A DNA stretch of 32,000 nt from Candidatus Saccharimonadota bacterium (GCA_041661045.1 JBAZVE010000001.1:210001-242000); one strand, 5' to 3'; shown: positions 17,981-25,316, counted from the first letter of the stretch. A program made the numbers and translations. Notes: generated from the letters alone by a model not told the origin.

Positions 17981-18505
17981 TTAGTTGAGACGAAGAATAC
18001 GAACGATGGCATCCAAAAGTGAAAGCTCTTTGCTCTCCTGTTCTTGAACCTGAGTGGCCAGAAATTGGCGCACCAAGCTGGGGTTTACTCCCATGAGGGG
18101 GATCACCACTTCCGGTCGGGATTTTTTCTTGGTCATCAGGTGCAGTTCATCGGTGTGGGGAGGGTTGTGGAGCACCGCAAAACCCTTCAGAGCGCTGTAA
18201 GGCATGCGAAGCACTCCAAATTTTACCCCGTAAGGTGAGAGGATAACCTCCACAGCTTTTGGTTTTTTTCGGTGTTCCAAGATCAGAACCAGAGGCAGAA
18301 CCACAAAAACCACCATCATGCTGATGGAATGAGTCCAGTAACCGTACGCCACCAGGCTTGCACTGATGAGAATCAACAGGGTAAACCAGAGCCATCCTCG
18401 CGCATAGCGCACAAATTCCGGAGCCATCCACCCCAAAACCACTTCATCGAAGGCTTCTGGAGCAATAGGTTCATCGGACGGATTTTTATCCTTTTCGGTT
18501 GCCAT
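17981..18505 (-). CDS. Small membrane protein (174 aa): two TM helices plus a beta-rich C-terminal domain (bacterial PH/YdbS-like by resemblance)
   Basis: TM1 is WLWFTLLILISASLVAYGYW and TM2 is SISMMVVFVVLPLVLILEH. These are followed by VILSPYGVKFGVLRMPYSALKGFAVLHNPP..ELHLMTKK..PEVVIPLMGVNPSLVRQFL. That architecture resembles 2-TM bPH-domain proteins, but the family call is low confidence. It is the first gene of the orphan operon. Confidence 0.75.
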   Translation of the reverse strand: MATEKDKNPSDEPIAPEAFDEVVLGWMAPEFVRYARGWLWFTLLILISASLVAYGYWTHSISMMVVFVVLPLVLILEHRKKPKAVEVILSPYGVKFGVLRMPYSALKGFAVLHNPPHTDELHLMTKKKSRPEVVIPLMGVNPSLVRQFLATQVQEQESKELSLLDAIVRILRLN

Positions 18506-18534
18506 ACGCGATTTGTTTTTATTTTTATCTAATT

Positions 18535-18563
18535 ATCTTAGCACAAAATCAGGTTTTTTACAA
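18535..18563 (-). promoter_or_regulatory. Possible promoter of the orphan operon (TTGTAA-17-TAAGAT), overlapping a weak rpsR-distal hairpin
   Basis: On the minus strand: -35 TTGTAA (18563-18558), 17-nt spacer, -10 TAAGAT (18540-18535), 29 nt upstream of ATG 18505. The same region can fold as CAGGTT-gtaaaa-AACCTG (18567-18550) followed by ATTTTGTG, a weak terminator-like element after rpsR. The two readings are not mutually exclusive. Confidence 0.35.
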
Positions 18564-18594
18564 CCTGCTGTGCCTGGAAGACCGTTTTGTGACT

Positions 18595-18813
18595 TTATCC
18601 TTTTCTCGTGTAGGGGATCAGCGCCATTTCTCGAGCGCGTTTAATGGCTGTGGACAGCTGTTTTTGCTGCTTTAAGCTCACTCCGGTGTAGTACCTTGGC
18701 ACGATGCGGCCAAACACGGAGAGGTAGGCTCGAAGTGTCGCGATGTCCTTGTAATCGATGTATGCAGGGAGCACCGGTCGAGGGGTCTTCTGAATTTTTA
18801 CTTTTTTAGTCAT
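18595..18813 (-). CDS. rpsR: 30S ribosomal protein S18
   Basis: 72 aa. [50 protein letters not shown] matches the conserved S18 core. Canonical rpsF-ssb-rpsR order. Confidence 0.95.
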   Translation of the reverse strand: MTKKVKIQKTPRPVLPAYIDYKDIATLRAYLSVFGRIVPRYYTGVSLKQQKQLSTAIKRAREMALIPYTRKG

Positions 18814-18827
18814 TGGGTCGGTTTAGG

Positions 18828-19301
18828 TTAGAACATGTTATCGTCATCGATGCTGGCGGTGAGATCACCGGAAGCAGCCGGAGCGCTGCCCTCATCTGCG
18901 ATCATTTCAGGTTCGCCGGTCATCATTTGGTCTCCAGCTTCAGGCACAAAATCGTCTCCTTCCCCATCCTTGCGCTTTTCAAGAATAATCATGTCTTGGA
19001 GCACAATTTCTGTGCGGAAACGGCGAGTTCCATCTTCCATGTCCCAGCTTCGAGTTTTGAGGTACCCCTCAACATACACGAGCATTCCTTTTCGGAGATG
19101 ATCTCGGCAAATTTCAGCGAGCTTAGCCCAAGCCACACATTCGTGGAATTCGGCGGAGCTGCGTTTTTCACGGCTGCTGGTGGTCCATTGACGGTTGGTG
19201 GCAAGACCAAGGGTCACAATGGATTGACCACTGGTGGTGGTCTTGAGTTCGGGATCTCGAGTGAGATTTCCGATGAGAATCACTTTGTTTACACTTCGCA
19301 T
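18828..19301 (-). CDS. ssb: Single-stranded DNA-binding protein
   Basis: 157 aa. N-terminal OB fold signature (VNKVILIGNLTRDPELKTTTSGQSIVTLGLATNRQW), a flexible acidic C-terminus and a terminal IDDDNMF tip. Confidence 0.93.
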   Translation of the reverse strand: MRSVNKVILIGNLTRDPELKTTTSGQSIVTLGLATNRQWTTSSREKRSSAEFHECVAWAKLAEICRDHLRKGMLVYVEGYLKTRSWDMEDGTRRFRTEIVLQDMIILEKRKDGEGDDFVPEAGDQMMTGEPEMIADEGSAPAASGDLTASIDDDNMF

Positions 19302-19321
19302 AAAGCAAAATAAGGTTAAAA

Positions 19322-19864
19322 TTAAAGGTCTTTATCCTCAATGATCGCCTTGAGCGATTCATCGAGTTTCTCTGTTGAAGTTTCGGCAGATTCTGCGGGA
19401 GTCTCTGCACCTTGAGTCGCCTCTTTGTCCCCTGCACTTCGAGTCTTGCTGCGGGGCTTTTCGCTGCGGGTTTCATTGCGGCCCTGTCCCCCCACTTTTT
19501 TAGAAAGTTCCTCGGCAGGAGAGCTGAGTTTTGCAGATTTTCCGGTGGTCGCGAGTTGATCGTAACGCAAGAGGGTGTAATCGTCGGGCACTTTGCTCGC
19601 CATGAATCGAATCACCCCTGCTTGCAGGTTAAGATCCTTTTGGATGGTGGGAAGTCCTTCCGGTTCTCCTTCAAAATTCAGCACGGCATAGTAGGCCTTG
19701 CGGTTCCCTTTGATCGGATACGCCATTTCACGCATTCCCCATAAATCTTCGTCCACCACGGTAAAACCATTCTCCGTGAGAATGCCTTTGACTTCTTTTA
19801 GATTTTTTTCGATTTCTTTGTCCGTTTGTTTAGGACTCAGAATCACCATGAGTTCATATTTCAT
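19322..19864 (-). CDS. rpsF: 30S ribosomal protein S6 with ~75-aa charged C-terminal extension
   Basis: N-terminal ~100 aa (MKYELMVILSP...EKNLKEVKGILTENG..V...DLWGMREMAYPIKGNRKAYYAVLNFE) is typical S6. It is followed by a K/E/S/T-rich low-complexity tail. Confidence 0.93.
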   Translation of the reverse strand: MKYELMVILSPKQTDKEIEKNLKEVKGILTENGFTVVDEDLWGMREMAYPIKGNRKAYYAVLNFEGEPEGLPTIQKDLNLQAGVIRFMASKVPDDYTLLRYDQLATTGKSAKLSSPAEELSKKVGGQGRNETRSEKPRSKTRSAGDKEATQGAETPAESAETSTEKLDESLKAIIEDKDL

Positions 19865-19925
19865 CTGTTTGGATAGGTTACCTCAGGGCTACTGTAGACC
19901 CGGAGGACAAGATAAAAGCGGCTGG

Positions 19926-19954
19926 AGATTAACATGGGTTTTGGCCGGAGGCAA
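19926..19954 (-). promoter_or_regulatory. Possible rpsF operon promoter (TTGCCT-17-TAATCT)
   Basis: On the minus strand: -35 TTGCCT (19954-19949), 17-nt spacer, -10 TAATCT (19931-19926), leaving a ~55-60-nt leader before ATG 19864. Consensus match only. Confidence 0.3.
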
Positions 19955-20002
19955 GCGAATTTAATTGATCATGGAAGAGCAGTAGTTGGGAGAGGCCATG
20001 TA

Positions 20003-20830
20003 TTAGCGACTCTTCACCTCGTCAACTCCCGGCAAGCTGTCCCAGAGCATGTCCCAGAGGGCGCTGTGCATCTCAAAGATGTGGTGGTTTTCGATGATGA
20101 CGCCGATGAGGTCGTTCTCCACATAGGTCAGGTAGGAAACTTTGTCGTCGTAGATGTTCATTTCAATCGAGAAAAAGTGGGGCTTGGCACGAGGATCTTG
20201 AGCGGGCAGCCATTTGTAGCCTTTGTGGGATTTGGGCGAGTAGGACCCGCTTTCATAAACCTTGTGGGCAAAGGGCGTTTCCAGGAGCAGGGAGCGCTTG
20301 GTGAGATGGGGCTTCGTGGTGGTGACGAGTTTTTCGCGAGCGGCCACATATTCGTCGTTCACTTCTTTGATGTGCTCGAACATGGCGTCGATATTCGCAA
20401 AATCCTTGAGCTCGGTTTTGGAGGTGAGCGTGTCGAAGAGCACCTTGCGCACGCCTTCAATGCCACGAAAGAACTTCACACCCGGCAGATGCTTGTTGGA
20501 GCTCATCATGCTTTCCAGCTCCGGCAGAATTTTTTTGAGCGCGCCGAGGCTTTTTTTGGACTCGTTTTGCTGGCGAACGAGGCGGCTTTCTAGATTTAAA
20601 TAAAATTCCTCCGGGCTGACCGCGGTGTAGAGAGCGGTATTTTTTTCGAAGCGTTTGTGCACCATTTCCTCCTGTTCCAGCCGCAGCAAAATGTTTTGGA
20701 TGCTGGTGCGCGGTTGCGCCATCTGGTACGCCAGCACGCTGGCCTTCTGCTCCCCCGCTTGGAGAAGCCGCAAATAAACGGCAATTTCCTTATCGTCGAG
20801 TCCGAATGTTTTAAGAGTTTGGAGGAGCAT
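20003..20830 (-). CDS. TrmB-family winged-helix transcriptional regulator
   Basis: 275 aa. The N-terminus LKTFGLDDKEIAVYLRLLQAGEQKASVLAYQMAQPRTSIQNILLRLEQEEMVHK matches the TrmB-type wHTH pattern. The C-terminal ~170 aa is an uncharacterised effector-type domain. Confidence 0.75.
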   Translation of the reverse strand: MLLQTLKTFGLDDKEIAVYLRLLQAGEQKASVLAYQMAQPRTSIQNILLRLEQEEMVHKRFEKNTALYTAVSPEEFYLNLESRLVRQQNESKKSLGALKKILPELESMMSSNKHLPGVKFFRGIEGVRKVLFDTLTSKTELKDFANIDAMFEHIKEVNDEYVAAREKLVTTTKPHLTKRSLLLETPFAHKVYESGSYSPKSHKGYKWLPAQDPRAKPHFFSIEMNIYDDKVSYLTYVENDLIGVIIENHHIFEMHSALWDMLWDSLPGVDEVKSR

Positions 20831-20893
20831 GATGCTGCCAGTTTAGCAGTGGAGTGGCCCTTTCGCAAGCACTGCTGCCCATGAGTGGTGGGT

Positions 20894-20911
20894 AGATTTT
20901 GCATTAAATCT
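20894..20911. promoter_or_regulatory. Palindrome AGATTT-N6-AAATCT in the divergent TrmB/helicase intergenic region (candidate operator)
   Basis: agattt (20894-20899) / aaatct (20906-20911), perfect 6-bp arms with a 6-nt spacer. A second inverted repeat, agcagtg (20845-20851) / cactgct (20870-20876), lies next to the TrmB start. Confidence 0.45.
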
Positions 20912-20958
20912 AATCTGTTGTTTTTGCTCAGTACATAGCTACTAACAGTCAAGCGTGG

Positions 20959-20989
20959 ACAGTTATTTGACTCAATGTTACAGTTATTT
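20959..20989. repeat. Direct repeat acagttattt x2 spaced 21 bp, overlapping the likely helicase promoter
   Basis: Exact 10-mers at 20959-20968 and 20980-20989, two helical turns apart. A possible promoter, TTACAG(20978-20983)-17-TATGAT(21001-21006), lies just upstream of ATG 21024. Confidence 0.45.
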
Positions 20990-21023
20990 TCTGGCTTAAT
21001 TATGATTCACTATTCCCTCGATT

Positions 21024-23594
21024 ATGACTCCGAAAGTGCCACGATTGCGAGAAAATGCGGAAGTGTCTTTGTCGCCTTCTGTTCCCATGGTCGCTCGCCG
21101 GGAACTGCAAGAGGCTAAACAAACCATAGGCCGGCTTGCTCGACTGACTACGGGCGTTATGGAAATACAGGAGCGATTTCCCAGCATTCGTTTAAACCAA
21201 CTTCATGGTTTAAAGAAATTGATTGAGTTTTTAGAAGCTGGCAAAACGAAGGGATATTTTAGAATGCCGACTGGAGCGGGTAAAACGATCCTTTTTGGTT
21301 TAATCGCTCAAATGTTAGCGGAGCCCACCCTGATTTTAGTTCCCAATACCAATCTCTTACATTCTACTCAAGAGGAGCTTTTGGGCTTGGGCATCAATCC
21401 CAATAACATAGGTATTTTTGGCGATGGGCAGCGTGACGAAGGGAAACTGTTTACGGTCATGACCTATCAGAGCTTTTTAACGGAGGGTGCGCCAAAAGGG
21501 ACCTCTCTCTTTATTTGCGATGAGGTGCATCGTAGTTTAGGTGACCGAACTCGTGCTCGTATCGATCAAGCCATGGAGGAAGAGAGCTCCGATTACCCGA
21601 GTGAGGAAGAAGAGCAAGCTGAGGACGAGGTTCTTTCTCGATTGATGGAAGATGAGAGGCTCATCTTAGGGTTTACCGCCACCCCCCAACTGGGCCGCAA
21701 AACGGTTGAAGAACTCCACGGGGAGTTGATCGCAGAAACTTCCTATGCAGACTTAGTTGGTTCTGGAATTTTGAAATGGGTTGAAGTGCATCAAGTTGAA
21801 GGAGAGGTGGACCGTGAAACGGAAGGCAGCTACATGAGTAAGGAAAAAGAAGATAAATTGCTCAAAGCAGCAGGTATTTATGAAAAGGTTTTGTCGGACT
21901 TCAAGGCTTTTAAAGAGATGCATCAAGGTTATCCTTTGCGGACCGTGGTCTTTTGTCATTCTGTAAAGGCCTGTGAGGTGTTTAGCGTTTTGGCTAAAGA
22001 AGCAGGCTTAAAAGGTTTAGTGGTCACAGGCCAGGGTGGAGATCTAAAAAAAGCGGAGGCTGATCTTTTGCGTGGGGATTGTGACTTCATTATCACCGTG
22101 GATAAGTTGAAAGAAGGTTGGAATTTTCCTCCTGTAAATACTATTTTGTGGTTGAGAGGAACTTCTAGTCCTGCTTCTCTCATCCAAGGAGTGGGTAGAG
22201 GGATGAGAGCTTATTTGGAGGAGGGCACCACCTATCTTTTTGAGACAGATTGGAAAGTCTCAAGCACTACAGAAAGCCAGAAAATAGGCGGAACAGGTAC
22301 GGAACATCCACGAACGGCTCGAGAGGGTTTGGCTCCTTCCACTAAAGCTTTGACTTTCGCTCAGGCCTTGGCCCACTTAGGTGAAGATGTTAGTGCAATT
22401 GTAAGAAATGCGGAAGACTTAAACTATCTTTCTTATTTTGAAATGGATGAGAATGGAATTACAGAAATTCCTGAACTTGGAGAGGCTATTTCAATTGCTG
22501 CTTATGCTCGATATAGGGGGGTGGACTTCCAAACGCTTACTGGGTGGTTGAGTGCAAACGGGCTGTCTCCTCTGGGTGCCGTCCGAGGACGCTCCGGATC
22601 AAATTTGGTTCTTCTCTATTCAAAATCGGATGTGGATTTCGTTATTGGAAATAACCGTAGTGAGGAAGTATTCGACCTGAATGACAATGGCACCGTGGAA
22701 GTGGCAGGCTTTGGCTCTTTGTGTGGGATTTCCGCTTATGCGGCAGCTAGACAATTACACAATGGACATGTCAAAAGATGGGTGGACGAGGCGGGACTTG
22801 TCCCGATTCCAGGAATACAAGGGCGCTCTTTCCGTCGCATCTTTTCTCTGTATCGAACAGAAGAAGTTGCGAGAGCGATCGCATGTAAGCGTGCAGCAAA
22901 AACAGTTCAGTTGGGTGAAGACGGTACCACTGAGCTGGAAGGTATTGGCGTGGTGTGTGGGCTTCCAAAATATGCAGAAGTTCGTGGCCTCGTTTTGGAG
23001 ACTCTTAAAGGTTGGGTGGCGGAAGCAAGTACAACCCCTATTGCAGGCCTAGAAACCTTATCAGGTACCCACGCCGTACCGATTTATCTAAAGAAAGATG
23101 TGGATGCAGTGATAAAAAGTAGAAAGGCGGGTGACTGGGTAACTCTAATGAATGGAATAGCGGAAGTGGCTGGGATAGGCGTCGTGTGCGGTATTAGTGC
23201 TTACAGTAGAACTCTTTTAGATCTTAGTCTTCCCACCCTAGTCAAATGGGTCGCCGTAGCTGGATTAACTCCCCTTAAAGGTATTACTGGGAAGTCTGGG
23301 CCTCAAATCAATGTCCCGCTTTACAAGAAAAGTGAAGTGGATGCAGTTATAAGAAGAGCTGGAATTGGCTTGACTGAAGAGGGGACTCAATTTGTTGAGG
23401 GGATTGGAAATGTTTGTGGCTTGAGTCGCTACGCTCGGTCCAAAGGAATCAGCCCTCAAACTCTGCCTGAATGGGTGACGGCGGCTGGCTTAGAACCAGT
23501 AAAGGATTTGCAGGGTAGGTCGGGTTCGCAAACCTTTCCTCTTTACCTTCAAACAGAAGTGGATCGGGTTATTACTCAAAGGAAAAGGGCTTAG
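21024..23594 (+). CDS. SF2 helicase (ResIII/DEAD-DEAH-like core) fused to five tandem C-terminal ~77-aa repeats
   Basis: Motif I MPTGAGKT, Ia ILVPNTNL, II FICDEVHR, III GFTATP, V IITVDKLKEGWNFPP, VI QGVGRGMR. There is an acidic insertion (EEESSDYPSEEEEQAEDE) between motifs II and III. The C-terminal 380 aa is repetitive. The start is uncertain (ATG 21024, 21087 or 21159). Confidence 0.9.
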   Translation: MTPKVPRLRENAEVSLSPSVPMVARRELQEAKQTIGRLARLTTGVMEIQERFPSIRLNQLHGLKKLIEFLEAGKTKGYFRMPTGAGKTILFGLIAQMLAEPTLILVPNTNLLHSTQEELLGLGINPNNIGIFGDGQRDEGKLFTVMTYQSFLTEGAPKGTSLFICDEVHRSLGDRTRARIDQAMEEESSDYPSEEEEQAEDEVLSRLMEDERLILGFTATPQLGRKTVEELHGELIAETSYADLVGSGILKWVEVHQVEGEVDRETEGSYMSKEKEDKLLKAAGIYEKVLSDFKAFKEMHQGYPLRTVVFCHSVKACEVFSVLAKEAGLKGLVVTGQGGDLKKAEADLLRGDCDFIITVDKLKEGWNFPPVNTILWLRGTSSPASLIQGVGRGMRAYLEEGTTYLFETDWKVSSTTESQKIGGTGTEHPRTAREGLAPSTKALTFAQALAHLGEDVSAIVRNAEDLNYLSYFEMDENGITEIPELGEAISIAAYARYRGVDFQTLTGWLSANGLSPLGAVRGRSGSNLVLLYSKSDVDFVIGNNRSEEVFDLNDNGTVEVAGFGSLCGISAYAAARQLHNGHVKRWVDEAGLVPIPGIQGRSFRRIFSLYRTEEVARAIACKRAAKTVQLGEDGTTELEGIGVVCGLPKYAEVRGLVLETLKGWVAEASTTPIAGLETLSGTHAVPIYLKKDVDAVIKSRKAGDWVTLMNGIAEVAGIGVVCGISAYSRTLLDLSLPTLVKWVAVAGLTPLKGITGKSGPQINVPLYKKSEVDAVIRRAGIGLTEEGTQFVEGIGNVCGLSRYARSKGISPQTLPEWVTAAGLEPVKDLQGRSGSQTFPLYLQTEVDRVITQRKRA
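22440..23582 (+). repeat. Five tandem protein-level repeats (~231 bp / ~77 aa each) inside the helicase gene
   Basis: Repeat units cover aa 473-543, 550-621, 628-700, 705-778 and 782-853. Their shared pattern is G-x-x-E-[VIL]-x-G-[IF]-G-x-[VL]-C-G-[IL]-S-x-Y-[AS], then TL-x-x-W-V-x-x-A-G-L-x-P, then G-[RK]-S-G, then [PL]-[LI]-Y, then [ED]-V-D-x-V-I. The DNA-level identity is low, which points to old duplications. Confidence 0.8.
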
Positions 23595-23645
23595 TCAGCG
23601 CCCCCGTACTGGTGGAGAAAATCTTGAAATCTTAACCCCTCATGC

Positions 23646-24275
23646 ATGACCACAGATCACCTCCCCGAACCAATAGTCCCCTTAGAGGGACCCCTGCTCG
23701 TCGTTGAAAATATGTTCTACTCAAGTTTAAGGATTAGCGCTGGCGTTCCTAAGGAGATCTTCTACCCTGCCAGAGCTGCTTTTAGACAAGCACTGGAAGG
23801 AATGAGTGCCACAGATCCTGATCTTCAAGAACTCGCCAGGCGTTTTGAAGCCCATGCAGGGACAGAACAAGCCAACTCCAGGACTCAAGCTGCATTTTTA
23901 GAGCTTGCAAGGAATGTCCGTGCCTTGGCTCAAATGGGCTCCATTACTGAGCCTATATCTCGGGAAAGCCATGACATTGAGGAGCTCACCCGTGCAGAGA
24001 ATGCTCGTATTTCTTGGCAAACCAAGTTTTTGTTATCCACTTTGCTTGCCGATATTCACCCCACGATAGACCTCTCACCTGATCAGTGTCGAGAAGTGAG
24101 ACGAGCTATCATTGCGGTTTTACAAGGACTCATTGTAAATACTGGGGCGTGTGAGAAATATGTTGATCGCGAGGCATTAGCGCATCAACTGGACGGTGCT
24201 GCTTTCTCGACTACCGATCCAAAGGCAGCGTCCACTCTATATGAAGTGAGTCGCGCCCTCCACAATGCTCGATAA
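23646..24275 (+). CDS. Hypothetical protein (209 aa), probably all-helical, no recognised motif
   Basis: ATG-initiated ORF 51 nt after the helicase stop on the same strand. No TM or signal peptide seen, and no competing ORF. Confidence 0.65.
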   Translation: MTTDHLPEPIVPLEGPLLVVENMFYSSLRISAGVPKEIFYPARAAFRQALEGMSATDPDLQELARRFEAHAGTEQANSRTQAAFLELARNVRALAQMGSITEPISRESHDIEELTRAENARISWQTKFLLSTLLADIHPTIDLSPDQCREVRRAIIAVLQGLIVNTGACEKYVDREALAHQLDGAAFSTTDPKAASTLYEVSRALHNAR

Positions 24276-24329
24276 AAATTTAAACATTGTGGATTGAAGG
24301 CGTTCGCGCCGGGATGCGGGCACTGCTTT

Positions 24330-25196
24330 TTAGTCCCGGGGTTTTGTCGGAGGAAGATCCTGATCCAAGCTAAACACCTTCCTCAGCAAATACTCCGTGC
24401 CTTCCGGGCCTTTGAGGTGGCGGCCTTTTGGGTCGAGGACCGGGAAGGGGTGGTTGGATTTGGTCAGTTTGCCCACGGAAAAGGGCACGCCATAGTTGCC
24501 GGAGAGGAGTTCTTCGTCGTTGCCGCCGGGCTGGGCTTGGTCGCCGACCACCAAGATGTCTTGCACGGCGATGCCGAGGTGTTTGGCCCACTTTTCAATG
24601 GCTTTACCTTTGCCACTGGCGGCGGGGATGATGAGGTTGCCGATGCCGGAATCTTCCACCATAAAGTGTTTGTCGTGGCCCATTTTTTTGAAGAGGGTTC
24701 GGATTTGATTGCCGGTGCGGTGGGACACGATGCTCACGAGGCGCGGAAAGACATAAAGCCAATCGTGAAAGCGCACCACCAAGGAGTGGGGGCGAAGCAC
24801 AAACTGCACATGCCAGCCGAATTTATCGCGGATGAAGGCCTCCATTGTCTCTTGCGTGAGCTCTTGGTCCGGCCAGGGCACTTCAAAAACCATCTCATAA
24901 TCTTTTTTGCGCGCGTTGTAGCGGTACAGCACTCCCCCATTTTCACAGATCAAAAACCAACGGCGTTTTTGCGCTTCGTCCAAAAATTGTCCGTCTAAAA
25001 TGTGCTCGAGCTTGGTGCGGGCGTAATCAAAAGAGCGGCCGCTGCAGATGGCGAGCGGAATGTTTATGGGGATGGAGCGCAGCGCTTCTTTGAGAGAGTC
25101 CGGCACAATCCATCGGGCAAAAGGCGTGAGCGTTCCGTCCACATCAAAGGCGGCGGCTTTGTACGAGTGTTTGAGTGCGGCGGCGAGAGACTTCAT
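24330..25196 (-). CDS. HAD-superfamily (type IIB, Cof/sucrose-phosphatase-like) phosphatase
   Basis: Motif I AAFDVDGTLT, motif II AICSGRS, motif III Lys region ASGKGKAIEKW, motif IV VVGDQAQPGGNDEEL. I prefer ATG 25196 (MKSLAAALKHSYKAAAFDVDGT) because the longer track start at 25289 would run through the strong divergent promoter at 25261-25290. Confidence 0.85.
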   Translation of the reverse strand: MKSLAAALKHSYKAAAFDVDGTLTPFARWIVPDSLKEALRSIPINIPLAICSGRSFDYARTKLEHILDGQFLDEAQKRRWFLICENGGVLYRYNARKKDYEMVFEVPWPDQELTQETMEAFIRDKFGWHVQFVLRPHSLVVRFHDWLYVFPRLVSIVSHRTGNQIRTLFKKMGHDKHFMVEDSGIGNLIIPAASGKGKAIEKWAKHLGIAVQDILVVGDQAQPGGNDEELLSGNYGVPFSVGKLTKSNHPFPVLDPKGRHLKGPEGTEYLLRKVFSLDQDLPPTKPRD

Positions 25197-25203
25197 TGCG
25201 GGC

Positions 25204-25232
25204 AGTATGCAGAAGATTTTTGTGGGAGGCAA
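25204..25232 (-). promoter_or_regulatory. Possible promoter giving a leaderless or near-leaderless HAD transcript (TTGCCT-17-CATACT)
   Basis: On the minus strand: -35 TTGCCT (25232-25227), 17-nt spacer, -10-like CATACT (25209-25204). Only 7 nt separate the -10 from ATG 25196. Confidence 0.3.
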
Positions 25233-25260
25233 GCTTGCGGGGCGACTGCGCCGATGACCA

Positions 25261-25290
25261 TTGACAAACTCTGAAGTGCTATCGTACAAT
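25261..25290 (+). promoter_or_regulatory. Near-consensus sigma70-type promoter (TTGACA-18-TACAAT) for the 415/805-aa gene pair
   Basis: Perfect -35 TTGACA (25261-25266), 18-nt spacer, -10 TACAAT (25285-25290), 26 nt upstream of ATG 25317. Confidence 0.5.
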
Positions 25291-25316
25291 CGCTCTCCGT
25301 AATCCTCATTTACTCT

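Noticed and set aside
12872-18505. Calling the orphan operon a type IV secretion or conjugation system
   Set aside because: Only the topology of the 752-aa protein is reminiscent of VirB6/TrbL/TcpH. No VirB4/VirD4-type Walker A protein, relaxase, pilin or peptidoglycan hydrolase is present in or next to the operon, so the label is unsupported.
21024-23594. Lower GC or foreign codon usage of the helicase gene as evidence of horizontal transfer
   Set aside because: Hand counts of five 60-nt lines inside the gene ranged from 37% to 57% GC. That overlaps the two backbone lines I counted (48% and 57%). The impression of more TTA/TTG Leu codons is not quantified. The idea is not supportable without a sliding-window GC and codon-adaptation calculation, and I saw no flanking tRNA, integrase or direct repeats.
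24294-24998. 234-aa plus-strand ORF opposite the HAD gene
   Set aside because: The minus-strand frame contains all four HAD motifs in the correct order (DVDGT, S/T, K, GDxxxxxND). The plus-strand product has none and is G/A/H/V-biased, as expected for an antisense read.
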